Shown here in pieces: positions 36,792 through 49,469 of a DNA stretch of 64,000 nucleotides. The notes under the pieces were generated by a model. The model was not told the origin of the DNA. It was given only the letters and a program-made list of their open reading frames with translations, and did not search any database. Made by a program: the position numbers and the translations under genes. Origin of the DNA: Utricularia gibba (lineage: Eukaryota > Plantae > Magnoliophyta); assembly GCA_002189035.1 (NCBI GenBank), contig NEEC01000008.1, positions 620,001 through 684,000 on the forward strand. The letters are read 5' to 3'. Position 1 is the stretch's first letter. Each line of letters opens with the position of its first letter.

Positions 36792-37954
36792 TCATACTAA
36801 TTCCAGTTTGTCCTTGGAATCATCCTGTAGTAGCAGTATCTGAGGTGGAAGCATGTCTTGAAGAAGCCCATGGTCTCTGAATGAAGACGACGGAGAGGAG
36901 CAGAAAAATGGTTTTTTGTCTCTAGTTAACGGGAAAGAAGGTAGCACAGGACAAGTACTAGTAGTATTAGTCGCACAAGAGCTCAAAGGTGGTGGCACAG
37001 GTACCACGTTAGTGCTAAAAACTGGGCGGTGGTGCAGGGGATCTGGAGAGGAGTGAAATAGGAGATCGAATGGAAGGATGTCGCCAACAGCAACAGGGAT
37101 GTCAGAGGGAATTCCGAAGGTGGTAGAGAGAGTGACGGGGCAGGGATGCTTGTGTGTGCCTTCATAGGTGGTGACTACAATGGATGGATCAGCGGATGCT
37201 CTTTCAACTCTCTTCTTCACCCCACAGGCTGTGCTTGTGCACCGGTAGTAGCTCCTGCAGCACCGGTGAGAATGAGGAGAAGGAGGAGAGCATGAATGAC
37301 GTATAGGGAGGGAGAGGGGTGGGACCTGGGGAACGGGCTGTTCTTGACTGCTTTCTGGCCGTACTTTCTCCACCTATATCCATCGTCCAGATGATCGATC
37401 TCAGTCTTGTCATGAATGCAAACCGGGGTTCTCTTTCCCTTTTCCTCTTCTTCGTCTTCTTCATATCTGCTGCATTCTCCCCCATCTTCAACTCCCCACT
37501 GCAAAAGCCAAAGCAAGGCCGAACAAGACACCACCGCGTATATAAATGATATCCAGAGCAACGCAGACGAAAAACAAAATGGAAGAGTAAAACTAAGTAT
37601 TAGCCAGCCCACAACTTACTGCCTAGCAGGTTGATCTCCCCGGTTGTATGCAGTGGAGGGGAGCGGTGGTGGTGCCTCGGTGGAAATGGAAGAAGAATTT
37701 GGGGTGGGTGGGGAATTTCTTGCGTTCACCAGCTCAGATTTGTCCGCCGGCGCCACAGCTGTTGCGGGAGGAAGCAAAGGCAAATCCTCATCATCGTCAA
37801 ATATTCTGAAACTAAAACCACTATGGCTACGCCTATGCCTACTCAACAGCATATCCACGAAACCTAACGAGCTGGTGCACTCTTCTCCGACGAACCCACC
37901 ATCCCCCCCTCCTCCCTTCTCCCAGCAATACGATTTTCTGCTGTTTTCCTCCAT
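36792..37954 (-). CDS. Group IIc WRKY transcription factor (WRKY48/23-like), 3 exons; apparent frameshift at ~37407
   Basis: [36 protein letters not shown]|[36 protein letters not shown] and C-terminal RDHGLLQDM. Confidence 0.92.
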
Positions 37955-40206
37955 CCTTGAAGATCAGAGACGTACATACATGGATGGAATCTTCCCTGTT
38001 TGTGTTCACACGCAAGCACAAGAAGGTCCAAGAAAGAGAGAAGAGACAGAAGACACCAACGGCTCCTCCTCCTCCCGCTCCGCCTTTTTTGCCCTTGGCT
38101 TTCACATCACTCCTCTAATGTTACATACATATTACGGGGTCGGTCTCTGTAAAATTCTAGTTCCCGATGGCCCCCCCTCTTCCGCGCATTTATTTATTTA
38201 TTTGCCTGTCTTTTACAGGGATGTGTTCGGTGTCCTCGGGATCGGTGTGCTACTCTTCCCCCTTAATCTTCCTTCATACGGATGAGAACAACAAGAACAA
38301 GCTCATGCGGTGGCTGAACAAAGAACACAGAGAGATAGATAGATAGATAGATAAATAGATAGGTAGGCTGTTTTCCTTTCCTTGTAACAAGAGAAGAATC
38401 CAACGGGGTTGGTTCTTCTGGTCTGGAACTGTAATTAAATGTAAGGGGGGCGGGGTATGTGAATTAAATGAGGTGGGTCCCGGGGGCTAGTATTTAATTT
38501 CGGATATAGGTAGGGCCGGCCCCCGTCAACACCCCCTACCCTGACTGTGCCACCTTCTTTAAAAAAAAAAAAAGAAAAGCATGCGACGGCATCTTTCAAA
38601 GCATCATCGGGTTCGTGGATTTAGACCTGTTCCCACACAAGTATGCTATCAAATGTGTTTAAATTAAGGAGTAGATAGATCTGATGAGTAAATATGATAT
38701 ACATAATTAAAAAAATTAGAATCAATTAATTACTATTGATTTATAATTTATTATATATTTATTTATGTTAGTTTTAATTGTCAATATGATATTATTTGTT
38801 TTAAGAAAATGAAAATAGAGTTGTTAGGGCAACTCCATCTGTGTTTTCCCAGACTGATGGAGAAATTGGTGAAAATCTCCATATCACCTCCATCTCAATA
38901 ATGAACTCTTCACCCCTTTAAATAGAGAGGTTACAACCAAAATGACTTGGAATTTCCTGATAAAGTTTTCTCTATGAAGAAAATCTGGATGAAAGAAATC
39001 GTGATACCTTGTGCAATGCATTTTTATTTGGTAAAAAAATGATGATTGTTGGAGATAAAATGAGAAAATGTTCAATGTATAAAAAATGAAATAGAAATAT
39101 GATATGGAAAAAAATAAATATGATGTGAAGTTAATATAAATGATGAAATACTGTATACTAATGTAAATATGAAATTCAATTAAATAATAAATATTTATTA
39201 TATTAAAAAATATTATTATCAATCGATTAATATTGATTTATAATTTTTTATATATTTAATATGAAACTTAGGTAAATAATAAATATAGATTATATTATAA
39301 AAAGTTAGCACCAATCTATTACTATTAATGTATAATTTCTTATATATTTGATTATTTAAATCAAACTTAACAAACACATAAAAGATAGGTGTTATGCGCA
39401 GCAGGGGCGACGAAATGAAAGTGGCAGGAGGCGTGGGCGCAAAGGCAAAGTGCATATGTAAAATGTTTTCCCTTCTGAGTTTGGACATGTGCATTGGTAA
39501 AGATGCGGAGGCAGCATGTTATGTTTGGGTGAATGATGATGCGATCACGAAGCCCTCCTCCCCGAAACATGTAGGTTATGATGATTGTAGCAGCAGCCCG
39601 TTGGGACCATCTCCTCTTAAATCCCCCTCCTGCCCAATCCCATTGGGCGCCAGGCCCCCGCGGCGGGGACTGGGAGGGAGGAGCTACCGCCATCCGCCAT
39701 GCCTGAAGCAGCCGCAAGGACGCCGGAGGCAGCAGCAGCCGCCCCTCCAGTCCAGTCCAGTCCAGTCCATTGAAACTGGAACCCCCCCACCCCGGGCTTC
39801 AAGGGAGAGCGCGATCACCGGAGCCGGCCTGAAAACAAAACAAATCAGAAAAGAAAGGAGACAGGGTAACGTGTGCGTCGGATGAGTTGGCACATGTGGT
39901 GCTGGGAACAAGGATGCCGTGTGAAACATGAGTTGATTTGTCAACACGGTTTCAGAACAGACGCAGGTCAAAGATTCTCAACACCATCATCATTTCACCA
40001 CAACTGCATGCATCATGCTTCCGCTTCCCACTTAAATATTCTTTTTTGAAAGAAAAAGTAATACTCTAATATTATTTACTAAATTTATCTAATAAAAACT
40101 AGTTTTATATTTAATGAATAATACTAAATATTAATTTTTATTAGGAATAATATGTGTTGTTTAATATAAAATAAAATTTTATATCTTTCTGTACGGTCAA
40201 AGTAAA

Positions 40207-40293
40207 TGGGCTTAGTGCCAAACACATTTTCTCCAGTTATGGGCTTAGGGTTTGAAATGGGCCGTATTAGAGGCTGGGCTAAGGAAATGGGCT
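40207..40293 (+). promoter_or_regulatory. Five site II elements plus a telo-box upstream of HYPK
   Basis: TGGGC(T/C) at 40207, 40240, 40258, 40275 and 40288; TAGGGTTT at 40246-40253. This combination is typical of translation-related housekeeping promoters in plants. Confidence 0.75.
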
Positions 40294-40440
40294 CATTATA
40301 GGGTCCACGATACTGCCGTTGCAGTTGATGGGAGAAGACGGAGGTCGTTGCACTTTCCCGTGAAGAATAAAGAGGAGGAAGAGGAAAGGAGAGCCGGATC
40401 GGAGCAAATTGTTCGTGCGGCGGAAGGGAGAAGCATAAAG

Positions 40441-41038
40441 ATGGAGGCTGGAGAAGAAGGCGTTGACAACATCGTGGACTCTAAGGACCTTCAGAAGCAG
40501 ACCAAAGCTTTCGATAAACTGACGGACCGGGTGGAGGATCGTCAGCTGGACTCCACTCGAGTCCAGGAGGTTCCGTTCTCTCCCTCGCTTGTCCTCTTTT
40601 GTGCTTTCTCGGTGACGTTTTTTTTTTTTTTCAATGGCCGGTTTCAGGCCATGGCTTCAATTGCTGCTTCTAAAGAAGCTGACATTCATGCCGCGCGATT
40701 GAGGTAGCATTTAGGGATTTCATTTTCTATCAACGTTGCTGATTGTTCATCTATTCGCGCTTGTTGGAGTGGGTGACCGTAAAATTGGTTCGTTGGCCGA
40801 CAGGGAGAAAGAGCTCGCAGCCATTAAGATCAATGCTGCGGATGTTGAGGTCATTTGCAACGAACTCGAGGTGAGAGTGCCACCCACCCTGCCCCCGTTT
40901 TTTTCTCTTACCGGATGGTGGCTTTACTTCTCCGACATTGACTGAATTCCCGTGCAGTTGGACAGGAAGTTGGCTGAGAGAACACTGCGTGAGCACAAGG
41001 GAGATGCCGTCGCAGCCATCAGGTCATTGCTGCACTGA
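40441..41038 (+). CDS. HYPK: Huntingtin-interacting protein K homolog (C-terminal UBA-like domain), 4 exons
   Basis: DSKDLQKQTKAFDKLTDRVEDRQLDSTRVQE|AMASIAAS..RLR|EKELAAIKINAADVEVICNELE|LDRKLAERTLREHKGDAVAAIRSLLH*. Confidence 0.88.
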
Positions 41039-41368
41039 TAACAACCATCAGAAGAACATTTTGCCGTTTGCATTTCTTTTGTGATGCATGTGATGTTGGA
41101 TTCAGTAAGGCTGGGGGGAGTTTCTCTCGGTTAGCTTTCATGGATGCATGAAAAGATGCTTTTCTGTATAACCCAAACAATAATCCAGTCCGAAGAGATT
41201 CAAAACTGAGGGTCTTGAACCACAACAGGGCAGGTGGCAATGATAAAATATGTATTTGCCTTTTGGTCAGGCTTGGTGCGTCCTCCATCTACATGCCGTT
41301 GTCCAGAGAGTGGATGGTAAGACAACTGACTTGGTTCCCCTGTACAGACAGTATGATGATACCATGAT

Positions 41369-42318
41369 TCAGGGGCAGAAAGAATATGGTTGATTTGGCA
41401 GAAGCTTCTCACGGGGGATGGGGGAATCGTAGTACTTGGTGTAGAGTGCATCTTCCCAAGGATGGCGGTGGAATGGCGCCTTCAGCCTCTTCTGGTCGAA
41501 TGTGGTGTCTGGGAGGGAGGGTGGAGGTTGTTTTAGTAAACCAGACAAGCGGAGTTGGGGCGACGGGAATGGAAGAACAACACACTCACCGATGAGACTG
41601 CAGAGGCCGTAGATGTACCCGATTTCGACGATCTCATCGATTTCTTTCTTTGACAACATCCCACTCTCGGCCAAGAAGAGCGAAATTGGAACGAGCAAAT
41701 GGCCTGTCTTCGCTTGATTCTGGCAACCCAGGGATTACGCAGTAGCTGAAACAAAGATGGAGAAATGATGACGAGAATCACTGGCTTGGAGCATAACCTG
41801 GCATGAACGGCCTTCTCTTTCATGCCTTCAACATACTCGTATGGGTAGAAGCATTCCCTTCTGGGTATCCATGCAACCCAGCACTAACTCTGTCTAAGGC
41901 GTCCTTGAAATACCGAGCAGCATCATCAATGGCACCTCTGAACCGTCGAAACACCTACAGTGCAGCGAGACAGGCACAGAAACCAGAGCCATTTGATGAC
42001 AGAAGGCTCAACTTTCAGCGCTTCGCCTGAACACAAGACTGGAGACAACGTCCTTATCCAGCCCTTGCTGTGAAGATTGTATTGCGAGCACCAGCTGCAC
42101 AAGTTCCAGGATCAACGCATAGCATGATATGTTTCGCTTCTCCAGCAATAAAAATGATTAAAGAGAGTATTCTCTTCTCTATGATCACCTGGATGAAACG
42201 AGTGCAGTACTGAGGAAGGCTCCCCTTGAACCACAACAAGGAAATGAGATCACCTACGCCAAGTCTGTGCTTGACAATGGATGACACTGGGGGGCACCTG
42301 CATATGTGGGCTTTTCAC
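41369..42318 (-). pseudogene. ACLB: 5'-truncated, degraded ATP-citrate lyase beta subunit fragment (citryl-CoA lyase domain only), introns retained
   Basis: GEKPTYAG..GVGDLISLLWFKGSLPQYCTRFI, IMLC..GARNTIFTARAG, RFRGAIDDAARYFKDA, PYEYVEGMK, FARSNF, SGMLSKKEIDEIVEIGY, FDQKRLKAPFHRHPWEDALYTK. Several frameshifts, an internal deletion and loss of the usual stop after YTK. Confidence 0.85.
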
Positions 42319-42663
42319 CTGCCAACAGTAAAAACCGAAGCTTGAGCAGTAAAGAAAGGCACACATGCCCATCCTTGCTTCCCATATGATTCAAAATGCT
42401 TGCTGTCGCTTTCTCTCAGTTTGTGCCTGGTAAACTAAGGTAAACTATTTTTAAGGTATTGGAAAACGAAGAAACTATATTTAGAATCATCAATGAAAGG
42501 AACAGGAGGATTTAAACTATATATAGGTTGAGGTCTTGTGGCGATCCCTATTTGTCTCCAGACCTGACTCCTTATATAATGCTTCCTCCTGATATGTTTA
42601 CCCATATCAGGAGAACATAGAAGGAAGAGCAATAAAGGAGAAGATCGAAGGCCACCGCATAAG

Positions 42664-43272
42664 ATGGCACCCCACAGCTTCCTCAGGCTGCTCTTCATCT
42701 CCCTCTGTATGGCCGTTGCCACTGTATCAGCCCGCCCTTCACCCGGGATCCATAATCAGCAGCCCCGGATTCAAAATGGGGTGTCAGCTCATGTAACAAA
42801 CAAAATGGTGGTAAGAAATGCCCACGGGAATTCGGCATCCCTGAACAAGATCTGTGGCAATACTGATCATCCTGCACTCTGCATCGCCACCATCTCTCCC
42901 TTCCTCAAGGGAAAGCCCACCGTCGACAACGCGCTCGTAGCATCCGTCCAGGCAGCCTCCAGCTTCGGCCAGCACGCCCTTGTTGAAATGAAGAAGATGG
43001 CCCAAAAATCATCCCCGGACATGCGTTCTACCTACAAAGACTGCATTGATTTCTATCAAACTGCATTGGATAGCTTTCACAAGACTCTGGAGGCTAAGTC
43101 TGGGCATGATTTGGGCACCATGAAGACCCAACTGAGCTCGGCCATCACCTGGCTAGAGACTTGCAATGATGAATTTGCAGAATCCTCAGGAGCTCCTTCA
43201 CCGTTGCAGGCCTTGGCTACCAAGCTGCAGAGCATGACAAGCGACAGTCTTGCCATCGTTGATCAGATGTGA
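42664..43272 (+). CDS. Pectin methylesterase/invertase inhibitor (PMEI domain), secreted, intronless
   Basis: Signal peptide, ICGNTDHPALC, YKDCIDFYQTALD, KTQLSSAITWLETCNDEF; TATA-like TTATATAA near 42572. Confidence 0.88.
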   Translation: MAPHSFLRLLFISLCMAVATVSARPSPGIHNQQPRIQNGVSAHVTNKMVVRNAHGNSASLNKICGNTDHPALCIATISPFLKGKPTVDNALVASVQAASSFGQHALVEMKKMAQKSSPDMRSTYKDCIDFYQTALDSFHKTLEAKSGHDLGTMKTQLSSAITWLETCNDEFAESSGAPSPLQALATKLQSMTSDSLAIVDQM

Positions 43273-43497
43273 TGACTTCTTCCTACAAACATATTTATGT
43301 ATCTATTCTCCTGCCGGTGCTGCTGTACCAAATTTGGAATATGTCAGCATGGATGAATAAAATCTTAACACAGTAAAACTTCAATCTGTCTAGCATTGCA
43401 TAGTTGTTTACTACAAACCAAACATGCGAAGGATTTTATACAAATGTAGAAACGAATCCCGGATGATTCAAGGAAACATCAATAAGGCGACCAGACT

Positions 43498-44856
43498 TCA
43501 ATTCTCCGACCGGCCGGAATTGGAACCACTTATCTCTTCAATTTTGTCATCACCAGACAATTCTCTCCCCAGGACCCAGTTTTCTATCATCGCCTGTGAA
43601 TTCACAGGCTGATCTGTTGGAACGAGATGGCCTGAGTTCATCACCACAACATGACTCAAATTATCCCATTTCTGCACATAACCAGCAAGCTTCCCGTCCA
43701 CCTTCCAGATCCTCCTGTCTGCTGCCAAAAACTCATCAATTTTGTTCCATCTCATCTTCTTGATCCAGGCCAACGACGATACCACACCATCTCTTAAGTC
43801 ACACTGCCCTTGGTACAGCAAAACCTTGGTATTCTTGACCAAAAATTCCACCATGTACTTAACGCTCTTCATCACATCATCATTCAACACCTTGCCCACC
43901 GAGTCACTACATACCTCAAAAAAAATGGAATCTTTGGCTCCCAGTGCCTGTTTCACTTGCAAATTGTTCAAGAACATACCCACTCTATCATCCTGATAAG
44001 GAATCGGCCTCCTGAAATCGTACAAAGTGGCTAACCCGGTCATGTTTTGCAGTGTCTTAAGCACTCGATTCCTAGCCTTGGTAGCCTCACTCCAGTTACC
44101 ACTCCTCACGTACCCAACAGCCTTCAATTGAATCTTCTCCAAAAGGGTCCTTTGCTTATCATTTATTAAGCCCAAATTATAAGCATTCACAGCATGAGTT
44201 GTCACTTGAATCTCAGGATGTGTCAATCCATTCCCAATTGCAACTCCTGCCAAGTTCACTCTACTTTCTTCTGGTAAGGTGGGGTTCTTCTTGATAATGT
44301 AATACCCCAGAGCTGGTACATATTTCCCAGCGTAACTCTCCCCAGTAATGTAAATCGGGCGAGTCTTGAAAGACTCGTCCAAAGCCACGAACTTGTTTAT
44401 GGCTACAAAAAGATGCTTGGCCACATCATGCTGATTCCTAGGTATTTCCTCAATCGAGGCAGCAATGCTGAAGCCAACTCCTATTGGGTTATCAAGGAAA
44501 AGCAACCCAAAGATCCTGTTCCAAGAACCTGGGTTGATCTCCAGGGAAAGATCCTGGTTGACTAGCCACGGTCCAAGCTCATACATGTTGCCTATCATGG
44601 AAGAGCAGCCGGGGCCGCCTTGCAGCCAGATCAGGATTGGGGTTTGTGACCTCGATGACGGGTTGTTGTATGAACTTTGCGCTTCGTAAAAGGCGTAGAA
44701 AATAGCTGAGCCAGTTGTGGTGTTAACTGTTAAATAACCTGATTTCGTCGGATGAGCTTCCTCCGGATAGTCCACGGCACCGGAGTGGGAAAGGACGGCG
44801 GCGATGGCTAAGATCAGAAGGCCGGAGAGTGCTACGGATGACCCCATTTCCTTCAC
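43498..44856 (-). CDS. SCPL50: Serine carboxypeptidase-like 50, intronless
   Basis: 452-aa ORF with signal peptide, WLQGGPGCSS, LDNPIGVGFS, catalytic GESYAG, YQGQCDLRDGV and SGHLVPTDQP. Confidence 0.92.
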   Translation of the reverse strand: MKEMGSSVALSGLLILAIAAVLSHSGAVDYPEEAHPTKSGYLTVNTTTGSAIFYAFYEAQSSYNNPSSRSQTPILIWLQGGPGCSSMIGNMYELGPWLVNQDLSLEINPGSWNRIFGLLFLDNPIGVGFSIAASIEEIPRNQHDVAKHLFVAINKFVALDESFKTRPIYITGESYAGKYVPALGYYIIKKNPTLPEESRVNLAGVAIGNGLTHPEIQVTTHAVNAYNLGLINDKQRTLLEKIQLKAVGYVRSGNWSEATKARNRVLKTLQNMTGLATLYDFRRPIPYQDDRVGMFLNNLQVKQALGAKDSIFFEVCSDSVGKVLNDDVMKSVKYMVEFLVKNTKVLLYQGQCDLRDGVVSSLAWIKKMRWNKIDEFLAADRRIWKVDGKLAGYVQKWDNLSHVVVMNSGHLVPTDQPVNSQAMIENWVLGRELSGDDKIEEISGSNSGRSEN

Positions 44857-45273
44857 CCTTGTAGCCTTTGGCTATGATTCTGAGTATTCTTAAGGGTGCA
44901 AACTGGAGAAGGACAAATATGATACGCTCACTGTTTGCATCTCCTTCCAAATCCAGATGTTTGCTGGAGGTGAGCCTTCGCATCAGCAACAAATCTTTCG
45001 TTTTCTGTGCGCGCGTCAATCCATTCAAACAGCCTTCCAAAAGACTGTAAAAACCGTTTCATCTTACGAATTCAAATCGGAGCTACCAAAGGATTAAGCC
45101 AGCAGTCTGCAATGGGATGCTAACCTAATCGGAGCAAACCCTTAAATACGGACAAGGCACCCATGATAACGCTGGAGTTAGATAATGCAAAAGCAAAGTG
45201 AAATGCAAAACAAGTGGCGGGGTAGATAACGCAGGAGGCAAGAGAAAATGATATGTCAATTCATGAAGTGGGC

Positions 45274-46077
<804 letters not shown>

Positions 46078-46799
46078 CTAACCAGAGACAAAAAAGCAAG
46101 ACGCAAAATAAGCAGCACAACAAGATATGCAAAGACAGATCACTTCCTCAACAAATAAACTAATCAACTAATTAGAAGCATATGTCACAAGTTCGGCCAA
46201 TTCGAACAATACCCAAATAGAAACAGACCATTATTCTAACCACGAAACTTGAAGAGTATGAATTGAGGAATTAAGATGCCAAGCGGTCAATCAAAAACCG
46301 CCAAGATCCAGGAACATCGTTTCCCCAATCTTGATTGAAACAAAAACCTTACAATTTAACAGAAGCTCGCGAACCTTCTCTCAATAACCCAGATCACAAT
46401 GAAATAGCATAAACAATATAAAAACAAATCGACAAATAACATCTCAAGCAGTCGCGGGACATGTTCTAGATACGAGAAAACGGAGATCCGGATAACATTG
46501 ACAGAGGAGGAGTAGACTCAAAAGGAAGCCTCAGAAATCTCACCATAAAAGAGAAAAACGCAGTTCCGAACCCCCAGACACGGAGCGTACTTCAGAAACC
46601 TAGGGCGTAAATCTCATACCTCCCAAAATTTCACATATCCGAGCCGGCTCAAGAGTATACAAGCAGTACGTGTCTCTCTATTGCAACTAAGCCCCTGAGG
46701 ATCATACTAATATCATCAGCGCTCCCACTTCTTTCGGAAATTACACGCATAGCACAATTTTTTATGACGCAAAAATTACTGCAGTATTTTCAGTGGCGT

Positions 46800-48850
46800 A
46801 GGGCAATGGAGGTTGTATTACAAATCTAACCATTATATTTTGAATGTATGATAAAAATGATTATCGCATATGTAAAATTTTGATAATAGTGTGTTAGAAA
46901 AAAATGTTCGATGATCATTTTTCTAAATAATCCAAAGCAAAGTCGAATTCATTCCTCAAAAAATGTCATAAATAGTAAAATATCTTTCCTTCAAACCTAC
47001 AAATTTTAGAAACCGATTTTATGGATTTGATATCAGATTTAATTTATTGAATTTAGATAAAAATGACATAAATATTAATTTTTTATAATATTTACTTAGC
47101 AAATAAGAATTTCAGATTTAAATAAAATAAAAGAAAATAGAGGCTTAAAGTTACGTCCGATTTTACATAAAATATAACGTATAGATTCAAATCTTGTAAT
47201 ATGTTTTAATTATAAAAGTATTTTAAATAAATCTTAAATAAATCCTTTCATATAATAAAATAAAATACTTTTAATCTATAATTATAAATTTAATATAATT
47301 TATAAATTTCATATTAAATTTTCCTAATCTCCTCAATTGGAAAGATGTGAAATATAGTGTGTACTTGTGCTCTTATATTTCCAACAACTCGTGTTCAAAC
47401 TCAAAGATCAAATTGAAATATGTTTATCTATCTATACACAAATTTAAGTGATGATCATCATCTAAAATTCATAAGACAGATAATAATTTTTCATAAACCT
47501 ATTTAAAAGGAATGAAATATTTCAAAAAAAATGCACTAATTTGAAATTAATAATAAATTCATTACTTTTCCTATATAAAATTTCAAAATATATATGTTAG
47601 GATCACAAAAGTTGAATATAAAGTTTTTGAAATAACCAAGTAACCTTAAGAGTAATATAAAGAATTACATAATTAAATGATATATATTATACTTTGATAT
47701 AAAATTTAATAGTTATCCAAAATAAGTTTTCCAAATATTATTCTTGTCATGCTTTCTCCCGAATTTTGATTTTTGAATTATGTATACCTCACAAACTTCT
47801 TGAAATACACTCATCTAGAAGAGCGATGCAATTTCAAAATAACAAAGAAGATATCAATAACTATAAGTTATTTTTGAAACTATTTAAATTATCAATATGT
47901 TTTGAATTTTATTATTATTTATTAAAATGATTTTCAAGATTCTTTTATTTTTCTAATATAATTAAAATATCAAGTTCACTTAATACAATTTTTGTATTAT
48001 AATTTATAATTTGAGATTCTGTAATTGAATGTTGCAGCATCGAAATATTTGTTTATAGCTAGATACATCATATGTTTTATATAATTGTTTAAAAAATAAT
48101 CAAGGATTGAATATAGCTATTAAAATCCTTCTGATTCAAATATAATTAGTTTATCCCTATGAACATGTATCTTATTTCAAAAATCGAGGAAGCATAAAGA
48201 GAAAAAAAAGAAGTAATAGATAATAAATGTTGATTTTGATTTTGGACTATGAAACAATGTTCATGCGATGAACTTTTGGCTATTTCATTTATTAGGAATG
48301 ATTAATTTTTGATATTTTGGAACTCGATGATTTTATTTGAAGTAAAAATTATGTTGTATTTTTTTTTAATTGAAGAAACTTCTAGTTATTGATCTCTTCA
48401 TCTATATTTTGAAAGTGAATTATTCTTTTGAATTACATAATTTCAAAAAGAGTGTATGAAATGGATCTTTTATGCTGAAAATGAATCATTACTCTGAATT
48501 ACTATTTTTTAGAAATCTTGTGAGGTATACATGATTAAAAATCAATTGACAAAATAATACTTCAATAATTCATTTAAAATAAATATTAATGTAAAATATT
48601 TATCATTTAATTTTATAATTACCTATTACATCATGCTGACAATTGATTTGTTAATTAGAAGATTGTATATATGAGAATCCATATGTATATAACAATTAAT
48701 ACAATATTATACACTTTAAATGTAAAAATCATGAATTTCTTGTATATTTTGAAAATATCCATTTAAAATGAATACAATATTAAATAAAAATATACTGACA
48801 TGTTAATCTATTTTATGAAGTTCCCAATTCAATTGTAAAATTTGAAATAG
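46800..48850. mobile_element. AT-rich non-coding block with internal inverted repeats; probable non-autonomous DNA transposon remnant
   Basis: Very AT-rich with no ORFs. ttttgaattatgtatacctcacaa (~47771-47794) is inverted as ttgtgaggtatacatgattaaaa (~48518-48540). Ends not defined. Confidence 0.45.
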
Positions 48851-49012
48851 GAAGCTCATATGAGCTGGCCAACCAGTCCTTGATGAAGAGTCAAGTTGTT
48901 AGTCTTCCATCCAAGAAACCAGATGACATGAATGATACGGTCAAAGGTATTGAGTTTTTGCTTCAGTTGGGGTACACAAGCAAAAACTTAAAATGTCATA
49001 TCTAGTTGGGAC

Positions 49013-49469
49013 TATAAGATAATGTTTTGTACGGAAATGAGAAGAGTATTGTAGATGTGATATGATATACAACTTTGAAATCAAAAAAATATGCTTGTTT
49101 GATAATATGAGAGAGACAAAACGGATAGATAGTATAAAATATTGGGCAGCCCTTTTATAGATTGATAGAGAGAGTTATTGCTCAACTTACTATTGCTCGG
49201 TTTTTGTCCTATTGCGTATTCTGGTCATTCAAAGTCCAAGCTGGTGGGATGGGCTTTAGGATTTATAGAGTTTGGGCAGGCATCATCCTTGAGGTCTCGC
49301 AGTACATATTTGAGATTGAATGGATTCAGTAGGATCGGACCCAGATCTACAGCACAATGTCGAGATTTCTTTCTACGATCGTGCTCCTTGATGTGGCTCA
49401 ACTCGTTCTGTTGATTCAATTGCTCCTCTTGTTCGACTAAAATCTCACTTCCATCCTCGCACTCCAACA
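49013..49469 (-). repeat. 3' LTR of Copia-A
   Basis: Aligns along its length with 54031-54450. On the minus strand it starts TGTTGGAG after the purine tract CTCAAAGAGGAA; terminal CA has mutated to TA. Confidence 0.9.

Noticed and set aside
38827-38837. TTA-GGGCAACTCCA, a Tourist/PIF-type TIR start
   Set aside because: No complete partner TIR with TSD found downstream, so element limits cannot be supported.
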